Part shown: positions 47,253-58,339 of the stretch, one piece after another
Layout: every line of letters begins with the position of its first letter
Position numbering within the stretch: position 1 is the first letter of the stretch
From: Neodothiora populina
Lineage: Eukaryota
Direction of reading: 5' to 3'
DNA length: 64,000 nucleotides
Assembly (NCBI RefSeq): GCF_041146345.1
Contig: NW_027191415.1
Location: forward strand, 62,001-126,000
The notes under the pieces: generated by a model
Database searches by the model: none
What the model was told of the DNA's origin: nothing
Seen by the model: only the letters and a program-made list of their open reading frames with translations
Made by a program: the position numbers and the translations under genes

Positions 47253-50200
47253 TCATTTTCGTAGCATTTTGGCCCAACTGGCCATCTTGTCGATCTTGGG
47301 GATGATTTCAACGATGCGAAAGGGCTTCGAAATGGCATCGTCCATGCCTGCAGAGATGGCCTCTCTCGTCTGTTCCGGCCGCGCGTTGGCGGACACGGCG
47401 ATGATGGGTATGTGCCCGGATATCTCGCCCTGTTTCTGGTAGTCTCTTATGCATCTCGCCGCCTGCAGGCCGCCCATGACCGGCATCTCGACGTCCATCA
47501 GGATGACGTCCACGTCGAGGGCGTTGTCGTCGGCGGCGACTGTCGTTCTGTTGCCTCGCCAATATTTTGTTGTCCTGAGAAAGTCGAGCGCTTGTTGTCC
47601 GTTGTCTGCTGTGTACACGTTGTATCCGTGTTTCGTCAGTTGCTTCTTGAGCACTTTTTGATTGAGGATGTTGTCTTCTGTCACCAAGACAGTGACTTCG
47701 TGCGCGGTCATGCGGTGTTTGGTCAAGGACATGTTGTCGACTTGTTCTTGCAAGCCTTGCACTTTCGTCGCTGGGGGATCTGTGTGCACTGTCTTGACGA
47801 AGAATGCGAAAGTTGATCCTTTACCTGCTTCTGACGCGACGCCAATCTCGCCGCCCTGCAGACCGGCGAGTTCTCGACTGATGAACAAGCCGAGTCCGGA
47901 ACCGCCGTACTCGCTGTACGTCTTCGGGGATCCTTGTGTGAATCGTGAGAAGATCTTGGATTTCTCTTCTTGCGTCATGCCTCTACCAGTGTCTTGGACG
48001 GTGAACCATAGATGAAAGGTACGACCAGCGAATTCAGGTCCTTCGTATATGCTGTCGCGGACCGAATGCGCCAACGCAAATTCGACATTCAACGAGCTCT
48101 CTGACGGTCGAGCTTCGCTGGCGCCCATGCGAATAACGACGTGACGGATGGACTCGTTCTTGGTGAACTTGATGGCATTTGTGACCAAATTGATTAGAAT
48201 CTGGAGAGCTCTACCGGAGTCGAGAAGGGCATAGGTCGCCTTCATCTGCTCAAATGATTCATCCACTTCTGTCCGTACATCTACATTTGCACGTTGGGCC
48301 TCTGCTTCAAAAAGTTTTGAGACGTTTTTGAGCACATCCTCAAGTCGGACAGCCGATGGCGCGATCTGGAGGAGGTTCGAGTCAAGCTTGGAAAGAACCT
48401 GTCCACATTGTTAGGAGGTACATTAACAGACATCCCGAGTGCGTGGCAAGCATACCAGGATATCGTCGACGATTCTTTTGAGATGCGAGGTACAAGACTC
48501 GATGGTGTGCGCAGAATCGAGACTATTCCTGATCAGGTCGAGCAATTGGCCGAGCTTGTTAACGTGTTCGGTCAGTTTCAGCGTTTCTGCTAGGTCTCGC
48601 ATGTCTACCAAGCCATCGGCGATGGCGTCAGTACAGTGAACAATAGCGCCGAGAGGATTTCGAATCTCATGGGAAGTCATGTCGATGAAGTTTTCCTGCT
48701 GCCTTTTGGCTTCGACTGCTTCATTGATACGCATCTGCTGTGAGGTTTCCGCCCATTTGAAGCCAGTAATATCTGACATAGTTCCCATTATGCCTTTGAT
48801 CGTTCCGTCATCGTTGAATTCGGGATTGGCTGTCGCCATGACCCAGATTGGTGATATAGGCTCCCCGTCGGTGTCAGTCCACATGCGTTTAAGTCGGAAC
48901 TGGACATTCACAGTCTCTTTCTGACCAGTTAGCGCTGACCAAATGTGGTCGATGACTTGGATATCCTCTTCCAGAACAGCACTTCGCCAATCGATATTGG
49001 TGTAATCGCCCTTTTCGAGACCTGTCAGAGCAAACCAAGCGTCGTTTCCTATGTTCGTGTTCGTGTCAGTCCAATGTATACTGGAACGAGTACAGTAATA
49101 ACATCAAAAGCATGAGATGATCCCCGTAAGAGGTGTCGCCAACGGGCCGAACTATCCTGGGGGTCGGGTCCATTGGGCAGCAAAGAGGAGTGATTCACCA
49201 TATGTGACCTTCTTAGAAGGGTGCTCTAGTATGTAAATGGGCACAGCAGATGATTCTGTGAATCGTACAAATCTCTGCTCAGATGCTCTAGCTCTTTCCA
49301 GTGCTTCCGCACGTTGGACAGACTCTCTCTCGGCACTCTTCTGGGCATCTATGTCCGTGATACAGCCGAAGAGAGTCGAAAAATTGCCATCTTCATCAAG
49401 GATAGGAATGCAAGCAGCAAGCGTCCAGCGGCCTGGATCTGGGCCTCCAGGCACTGCCCGATCCGGGGCTTTCCAACGCATCTCGAAATTGAGTGAACGA
49501 CCCTGTGACATGACATGCCATTGCGATAACGCAAATTCGAGATCATCTTCTTAACGGTTAGCTATCACATCCGACCGCTTGTGCTTGTTCTTAACTTCGA
49601 ACGAACCGGGAAAGACCGCATCAGTGAACTGTAACTCAACCTGGTGATCCTTTTGGACACCGCTTATGGTATAGTATGCGTCCTACAAGTCACGGTATGA
49701 GCTTTGCCGCCTTGAAAGATCGATACTAGAGAACCGTCGCAATATATTGACATATCGGGCCACACGGAAAGAACGTACATTTGCTTGTCGCCTAGCTTAG
49801 TTAGTCACTGATGTTCAATAAGCCAAGGAAAGCGCGCAAGGACTTACAATACCCCCTTGGAGTCATATTCGAAGACTCCAACATCAATCAGGTCCACCAA
49901 TGAAGTCATTCTCTTGTATCTTTCATTAGCAAGATCCGCCTTTTTTTCACTCTCTCGCGCTTGCTCGAGCGCTTCGGCTCGTCGAAGCGCATCGCGGACA
50001 ACCCTCTTTTGCGGTCCTATGTTGGTCGTGCAGCCCGAAATGGCGATCAATGTTCCGTTCTCGTCCATGACTGGTATACAACTAGACAGCACCCATTGCC
50101 CATCCTCGGGTGGTCTCTCTCCCGGAGCAGGAGGTGGGGCTTTCCATCTCATCTCGAATGTCGTAGGGTTACCTTGGACTAAATTTCGCCAATTGCGAAG

Positions 50201-51822
50201 GACTAAGTCAACGTCATCTTCATAGACGCATGTCATGAAATCAAATTCTGTGGCCCCGCCTGGCGATCTCGGGTATCCTGACAATTTGTACCAGGCTTCC
50301 TTATAGAATTACTTTCATTAGTGGTTTTCCTTATGAGTAACAAGTTTATGCGTGGCTGTCGCCAATGGTAAGGAGTTGACGGGCCTTGGTCTGCGTTGAC
50401 TACTCGATTGCCAGAAAGTCGTTCGGGAACCAGCGCATCTAAGATTGGGGAACAAGATTGAAAAACAAGATATTCCTTGTGTAAGGAGGCGCTCAGCGCA
50501 AAAAATCAAGGCTGGTATAGCTACTTACATTTGCATGCCGAAGCTTACCATCCGGACTGTACTCGAAGATGCCTGTAATCATTTCAGCATATTGTTACAG
50601 CATGTTGATGGCAGTACCTACCAACGCCACAGTCTTCCATCATATCCAGCAAGCGCTTAGCTTGATCATTCGCAGAGCTAGCTTCCTTCTCACGAGATGC
50701 AAGCTCTTTAGCTAGCAGTACTTGCTCATAAGCAGCCTGCTTGGCTTGATCGTGGTGTTTCCTGATTGCGTCTTCCGTAAGAAGTTTGACAGTGAAAGCT
50801 TCACTGATTTCACGTCCGATCTCCGAGATCCAGTCACGATACATGTTGTCCCACGGTCTTCTGGTGTTGAGACCCAGGACAAAAAGACCGATCACAACTC
50901 CAGTTCGATTTGATTTGATTGGAACGATGACCGCGGCCTGCAAGACAGTACCATGGCTCCTATCAGATGCAGCAAGAACCCAACTATCTGGTACATGACC
51001 ATCGTTTACAAATAGCATTTGCGGCTCTCGTAGCATGACAGCTCGACGCGCCATGTCTTGATGCAATTTCGTTGTGTTGTCGAGATTCAGGGTCGTCTGG
51101 ACGAGCGGCCGAGCAGAAGGCTCGCCCACAAAGTTCTTGAGAGAAAAACGTGTAGCATCTTGAGCATCGAGGACAAAATCGTGCCAAGTCTGTTGGCCAG
51201 ATTGAGGCACAGCGGAGTAGAGCAAGGCAAACGGAAACTCTGTCGGATGGCAAGCAAAGGTTTGAGAGAGCGAAGACCATAGAGAGGGCAAATCGGCAGT
51301 GAGTGACCACCTTTCAGACCAGTCTTTTAATAGCCCTCGTCGATGCTCTCCGACCCTTATATCAGTCACGTCGGTCAATGACACATAGAATCCAGGGAAG
51401 CGGCCTTTCAGAGCAGACGTTGACCATCTTAGGATTACGTCCTCGGTGGAATCGTTCCTCCGGTAATGGAGAGAGTAGTCTTCCTCGGTATGAGACAGTC
51501 CTGTGGCGCGCACTTTCTCCATGATCGATCGAGTTTTATCCCATTGTGCAGGCCAGCCATCGCGCATTGGCATGCCAAGAAATTTTGGATGATATTCACC
51601 AATCATTTCGCCATAAGCTGGATTATACAGCATATTATCATCGACTCCCACAAGTAAGAGTCGAGGTTGTGAGTCCAATAGCATGACGGAAATAAGTTCC
51701 GCAAGTTCTACCGGCAACTTCTCCAATGGACCGACAGAAGTGGCTGTCCAGTCGACACTGCGTACATGACGGAGGTGCTCATCTAGTGCTAGATCTCCAG
51801 TCGGTATCCGGAAATACTCCAT
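47253..51822 (-). CDS. Hybrid sensor histidine kinase with tandem PAS domains, HisKA, HATPase and receiver (1291 aa; exons 51822-50622, 50572-50529, 50299-49848, 49791-49779, 49682-49607, 49549-49199, 49048-48456, 48398-47253)
   Basis: H box FIDMTSHEIRNPL, N box INLVTNAIKFT, G1 VQDTGRGM, G2 GGSGLGLFIS, receiver TEDN..NQ, ILMDVEMPVMGG, ISKPF. The eight exons sum to an open frame. Architecture resembles fungal group XI hybrid kinases. Confidence 0.9.
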
Positions 51823-53006
51823 CTTTGCACGGCTCCGGAACTGACAGCTCACGTGCGAGGCATCTGAAATGTATAATCGAGTACAAGGAGGTATACCTTA
51901 GTTTGGGATGCTGCTGTCGCTTGCTGTGCGGGGATTTCGTGTCTAATATCGAGGCGGGTGAGGCGGCGCGGCAGGCTCAAAGTCCAGATTGACAGACCCA
52001 GACTTGGCAAACAGCCTCAAATACCAATAGCATCATATCTCTGGAAGTTTAAACTTTAACCCACGGTGTGATTTAATAAGAGGTTCCGAAAAAACGGAAC
52101 ATAATGAAGAAATGGTTCATATCTTGTGAATGATGCAAAGCACAAAGTGCATATAGATTGCTGTCAAAGTATCAAGTACAGTATAAATTTCGCGAAGGTG
52201 CAAGTACAGTAAGGTGCCTTACTCAGAGCACTGTGGCGGCCAAAGAAAGCTTGATCTGCGGCTCAATCTTCGAACACAGCACTCTGGAGAGTCCTGATCG
52301 CAGGAACATACAATTTTCCCTAGATGATTGTGATCTTCATCATCGCATCTTGTATACAGTCTGAAAGTAGTAACACAGGACGAATGGCACGCGTGAAGGC
52401 AATTAGCAATCATGTATGCTTGCGCTCATATTGCAGGGGAGCAGCAAGACGATACTGTTATTTTTGCGTTATTACCATTGGTAGGAAGTCTTATCCCTGT
52501 CTTGCGTGGAAGAGTCCTCTTAGAAAAATGGCAGGACTTGCCCGTCGTTCATCATTCGCTCATCATCATTAGAATACATTACGTACCATGTCTGCCTCAT
52601 TATCTGTGTGACTTGATGCGTTGGCTAAAATTGGGCCACGGACCCATAGTTCAGTGATACGAAACCCTAGGTTGGGCAACGTCGTCATGGTACTGTACCT
52701 AGGCATGTAGCAGATGGACAGGGTTGCCCTCTTCACCGCCTTCCATCGGCATATACACTATTGTATACTTGTACGTACAGAATATTATCTTCGTTCTGAT
52801 GAGATATACTGCATTTTGTACTGTAGAGATCTGGGAGGATGACCGTACTATTCGGGTCCGATACGATACAAGCAGATTCATTTTGATTGGTAGCATTTTC
52901 CTTGGTATACATGACCGTCAGAGCACGTATCCAACAGGAACCCAAACTACACAAAAAACATAATCGTAACATATCATCAATTTCTTAAGCTCCAGTACAT
53001 AAGGTA

Positions 53007-54592
53007 TCAGTACTTGTATCTGAACTCCTTGTTCAGCCTGTCTGTAACATCGGAGAACTCAATGTCCGCCTTATGCTCCATATGCGTCTCTTCCATAAGT
53101 CTGTCCCTTCTCTTATTCTCCCACATGTAATAAACGCGAAGAACTGCTGTCAGCATGATTGCAACTGCACAAGTGACTACTATCGTAATTTTGGCAGGAA
53201 TGTAGTCAGGAGCGTCCTCGGGACGAAAGGTAAGAGGTCCTATTATGTTACCGAGGCAGAAGGACATTAGAAGAATCGCATTCATTGTCACTATTTAGTA
53301 TAGTCAGTGGCATGTTGCTTCAGTCACTTTGGTTCAACCGTACCTTTCTTAGTGTGTCCTGCGTAGTTAGCACCAACCCAGCTGTAAAGCAAAGGCAAGC
53401 TTGCACCAATGCAATTGGTCAGATAGTTTCCGATCAATCTGCCTGGCTTGTTGTCCGCGCTGAGGAAGGCCATGAGGCAACCACCAATCACGCCCGGGAT
53501 CAGTAGCGTAATAACATTCAGCCCACGCTGGTTGAAGCGTCCGGCGAGATACGTTGCTATCAATATGGAAACAATCGAGACTCCTCCAGCGGGGATCTGC
53601 AGCAGGGCAGTCTGCTTGCTATCATAACCAAAAGCTTTGATTGTGATGGCTTGAAATGACGAGATAGCACCATTCGGTACGCTCGACGAAATCGTGATCA
53701 GACTGAGCAGCCACGTCTGAGGATCAAGGAAGCACTCAACGACTTGAGCAGGTTTGAAGTTTTTGTTCTCAATACCAGTCTGATTCTCACGAAGGCGCTC
53801 GACAGCCCAGATCTTTTCGTCATGAGTGAGCCTGCTCTGCATCGGATTGTTGGGCAGAAACAACAGACAGGTGCTACCGATGCAAACAGTCAAGAGACCA
53901 ACGACGAGGAAGAGGATCTGCCAGCTGTAGAGCGCTGCAGAATGCACATGCTGGAAGGCGTAGGAGAGCAGACTGCCTATCACCACACCAGTGCCGGTCC
54001 CGAGATACCATATACCTACTCGGAGAGGCTGCTCATGCTTTCGGTACCACATGGTGGTGATCAGATTCAGAGTCGGCGCGACAGCAGACTCGAAGACACC
54101 GAGTAGTACACGTGTGGTGATCAGCCCGCCATAATTATGACAGGCAGCCGTCACAGCAACAACGGCACCCCAGCAAGTGACCATGACTCCCAGGTATTTC
54201 GCGGTCGGGAATCGTTGCATGCCGTATCCATGGGGAAACTCGAAGACCAGATAGGAAACATAGAAGATCCACGCCAGGTTTGAGAAGTCTCCCTTCGTGA
54301 TGTTTGCATCATCGTAAAGACCCATGACTGCAGCATAGTTGATCAATGTCTTGTCGAGATACTGTGCCCAGTAGCAAAGCCACATCAGTGGCATGATCAT
54401 CCAATCAATCTTGCGCACAAGTCGCTTCTCATCCTCAGGGGTCATTTCTCCCGCACTGGACTCGTGGCGTAAGAAGTCAAGCGCTGCATCAGCATCACGC
54501 ACATCCCTTACTTCTCCTATCTCATAGTCTGGGGTGACCTTCGTAGGTGAATAGTCCAAGGCCTTTTCTTTATCTGGGTAGTGTTCCGCCAT
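53007..54592 (-). CDS. MFS transporter, allantoate permease (Dal5-like, anion:cation symporter family; 510 aa; exons 54592-53344, 53290-53007)
   Basis: LVRKIDW.IMPL, YLDKT.INYAAVMG, R.LLG.FES, MWY..EQP.R, RLRENQTG, N.AGHTKKVT.NA, GNIIGP..F..DAP.Y, D.TD..N.EFRY.Y. Confidence 0.9.
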
Positions 54593-55347
54593 GATGGAAA
54601 ATAGCCTCAAGGATGTATTTTCAGACCTCGGAGATTTGAGGCGAGTATCGCAGAAAAGGGTGATCAAATATCGACAAAAGGAACATGGAAGAGACGCACG
54701 TGAAGCACCTACCTTGCCTGACTACATATATCTCGTTGAGAAGGCGGTTCCTATGATCATACAAACCTAGCACTAGCTTACAGTGTTCAACTATAACAGC
54801 ATGCCTATCATATCAGATTGTGTGACTCGATAAGGTCGCCCTATCAGCAACATTGCCTGGTCGCTACTCCGACAGGTGGTGATGTTGATCATAATGATTG
54901 AATGCCCGCGGGTCATTTGAACAAGGATGGAGTGAGACGTCGCTCTGTGGCCGGCGGCCAGCTACTAGATAGGGAAGGTCGGGATCACGGACTTTAGGTC
55001 GGGTACCTCCGAGGCCAAAGTGAGATGTAAGCGTCACAACAACCATTCATCTTGCCAGCATCGGCATCAACACTTGGAACAATTTTACATGACGTTCGAT
55101 TGATACAGTAGTGTATATACTATCAGTGCCGCCTATTAGTGTATGTCTTTCAAGGTGGCTGAAATAACAGTGGCCTTGTTGAAAGCCGCTGTTGTCGCCA
55201 ACAATGATAAGGTAAAGAAAGCGATTATGTTGTACAAAGAACGCGATGATCTCGCGACTTCTGACATACAGAAGGATGTAGGTTTGATGGGAACTCCTGG
55301 CTGATGATCGGAATGATCTTCTTTCCCTATAGCCTAGGATGAAGCCA

Positions 55348-56528
55348 TCAAGTGCTTGCCGTAAAGTGGTTGGCTTGCATTGTTCTCTGCACCAATGCTC
55401 TTTCACATACGGCCTCAATTGCAGCAAGGTCCGGCGCTTCCTTCCCTGCAATAGTGTTCATGCACAACCCAGCTTGGATGATTTGCCATACATCGTTGTA
55501 CTTGGCCTCGAGATACGCTTCAACCCGGCTGACTTCTCCTGGAGGGACATTAGGACCGAAGATTGGTGGAGGTCTGCTTCCGCTTCCCTGCCTGCCAAGT
55601 TCCATATCGAGGGACTGCGGAGCAATGGCTGGCAAACGCAAATGCGATATATCTGGCCATCGAAGAGGCAGTGCTGGGGATCTGATGAACAGCTCCGGCG
55701 ATTGAGGATGATACATTTCTGGTGATCCGATGGACAACTCTGGCGATCGAAGGGGTGATGCATTTGGCGCACGGAAAGACATCTCTGGTGATTCGAGAGT
55801 CGATTCTGGCGATGACTGTTGCAAAGCCTCGATCGTATCCTCTGAGCCTGGGCTTGGGTTACTGTGATGCTCACAATCTTCTTCTTCTTTCTCTTCATCC
55901 TTTTCTTCCTCCTCTTCCTCTTCTTCCTCTTCCTCTTTCTCGTCCTCTGCCTCTGTCTCCGTGTCTTCCTCATCTTCTTCAGTCTCCGATGACTCATTGA
56001 AGGTCTGTGGACGAGCGGTAACCCTAACAGCTCCGTTGGCGGAAGCTCTAGCGGCAAGAGCACACGCGCGGTGGTTTCCCTGCTTGCGAAGTGCCTGCAT
56101 CCGAAGTCGCAAGGCTTGGTTGGAACGTCCGAGCTGATTGGAGGCCATTTCGTACCCGGTCGGAGTTGATTTGCCACCAGCTCGCACTCTCATCTGAACG
56201 GTCTCGAGACAGGTCAGGAGGATGTCAACCTGTTGAACGTCAGCAATTGTCAATGGGCTACGACAGCCACCGTCCGCCTATATCGAGTGAGGTGTTCAGA
56301 TGTCAACAGACATGCGCTGTTGACAGCGCTTGCACTCTCTCATGATCGGAGATAGAAGAGATAACTCACCTCAGAGTCGTTCCAACTGCGGCCGCCATGA
56401 CTGGCACCTACCAGTGTTGGGGCTCCACGCATGGTCGGTTCTGCGATGTTGGACTGGTTGTACAGAAAGACTGTAGGTCTCGTGCTGGAGTTGTTCGATG
56501 ATGGTTTTGATGAAGATCTGTAGGACAT
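55348..56528 (-). CDS. Putative Myb/SANT-like protein A with poly-Glu tract and SPE repeats (~346 aa; exons 56528-56370, 56229-55348)
   Basis: Intron 56369-56230 (GTGAGT...GCTGAC...CAG) joins GGRSWNDSE to VDILL...YEMASNQLGRSNQALRLRM, a degenerate Myb/SANT pattern. Start codon uncertain. Confidence 0.6.
55880..55983. repeat. Coding (TCTTCC)-type low-complexity repeat encoding poly-Glu
   Basis: Pyrimidine-rich imperfect repeat on the + strand; encodes EEDEED...EEEEEEEEEE on the - strand. Confidence 0.85.
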
Positions 56529-57427
56529 ACAGAGAAGAGTCGCTGTCAACTTATATGTGCTTCAGATTCCAATACGCTCCTGGCTGCAGTTTGTTGCACT
56601 GCCTGAGTTGGCAATGCTTAAGCTTGTTGCAGTCCTACTTGTCTAATGGACCACACGCGATCAGCAGTACTTCGATCGTGGACGCAACAAGCTTCACTCA
56701 CAGGGGCAGGACGACGTTGTCGGTTTTGAACACGAAACGACAATAAGAGGTCCGAAGAGACTTTTACGGATCATCAACAGTCGTGTATGCGATGTTCAGG
56801 TTGCTTGGTCTGTTCAGCATGAGCTTCCTCTTGAAGAGGGATTCCAAACAAACCCCCAAGTGGAAGCCACATTGGCGCTAGCACTTCTGTTGTCACTTAT
56901 TCTACTCGTCGCTTGTCCACCGAGCGTATGGTCCGAATATGGCCACAGACGGCACAAACGCTAGCCTGACGATACTGTCTGGTGGACTTATGAGACTTCA
57001 CATGGGGGAAAGGACATACATCGATTCAAGCTATTGCCGCATACAGTTATCTGTGTACGCACTTTTACACAGGAATAAAGTCATCGTGTTACTGATTAAG
57101 AAATACATACTAGAGTTCATGTCGCATTGCCCCGAACGCCTCACAACCAATGAGCCAAAAACCTTTACAGCTTATCGAACTGTCTGTTCCCAAACAAGTA
57201 CATAGGCGGGTGAACAAGCACACGCAGAGCTCTTCGATGTTCTGGTCAAGCCGAAACTCCGATGTCCAACAGCCGAAAATCCACGAATTGAGAAAGGGTA
57301 GTCCCAGTAATGAAGCTAATAGAAACCCTTGATTAAAAGCATGCCGGGCCAACTCCAAGCAACTCTTTCGTCGTGCCCCCCTGGCAAGACGAGCCTCCAC
57401 TTAGGTTCGCTGCCACAAAGAGCTGGC

Positions 57428-58339
57428 TCACTGATGGACCCCAGATCGTACGACGAGCGTGATCGATGATGGGACCGCTGCATCGCGTCTTAGGGGATTG
57501 TCTGGATCAGACGCAAAGCGCGAGACCAAAGCGTGATCGTAGCTACGACTGCGACCCAGATTTTCTAGGGTGATAATCCCCATGTGCTCGTCGGCCGAGT
57601 CGCTTCGAGCTCTCAAGTAGACGCTGCTATCTCTGCGATAGCGACGGCGTTCTCCTTCTTCAGAAGCTCTGGTGGGACTAGCCAGATTGCGAGTTTCGTA
57701 CATTGAATCACGTCTTGCGACGGGGTAAATGAAGGGAAGCCTCGGTGGTGGTGGTGGAGATGAAGATAGCTGCATGAGGCTATCAGCTGCATCACTTGTC
57801 CTTTGATCGCGCTCGGCCTCTCTAGGAAAGTGTATGGCCGGCTATAGGACATTAGTCACTATACGGATCCGAAGCCATCGATTCGGACTCACTTCGACAT
57901 CGAGCTGTTGACCAACATTTTGCTGTTGGGGCTTCGGAGAACTTGAGCTTTGGGGAGCAATGGTCAATGGAGAAGGACTCCGACGAGCAGCCCTAGCGCT
58001 TTCGTAGAGATCCAAAAAGTTTTGAAGCTTTCCATACTTCTTGCCGGTATTCATACAATGAAGACGGACAGCCTGATTGGTGCGCCCCAAATGTCTACGA
58101 ATCACTTCATGCGACAAACTTGGGATGGATGTGCGAGCACGGCACATATAAGCAGTCTGTTCACAGTCAGTACCTCTTCTTCGCATACAAATTGACGATA
58201 GGAAAGTTACCTCTTCATCGCGCCATGGATCGTTCCCGTTCTCGGGCGGTGGGCCGCTATGAACAATAGTGCCTCTTTTACGTCTGGTTCCCTGAGGGTC
58301 GGCACGTGCTCCGGAGTTGTTGCGCTTCTTGGGTGGCAT
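57428..58339 (-). CDS. Putative Myb/SANT-like protein B (~268 aa; exons 58339-58211, 58156-57893, 57841-57428)
   Basis: MPPKKR NLS-like start; spliced PWRDEE|TAYMCRAR...SHEVIRRHLGRTNQAVRLHC. Both introns have GT, CTRAY and YAG, and link three ORF pieces in frame. Confidence 0.65.

Noticed and set aside
53007..54592. Dal5-like MFS transporter as the uptake system of the inositol cluster
   Set aside because: It lies 17 kb away behind five unrelated genes and is not a sugar-porter/ITR-family protein.
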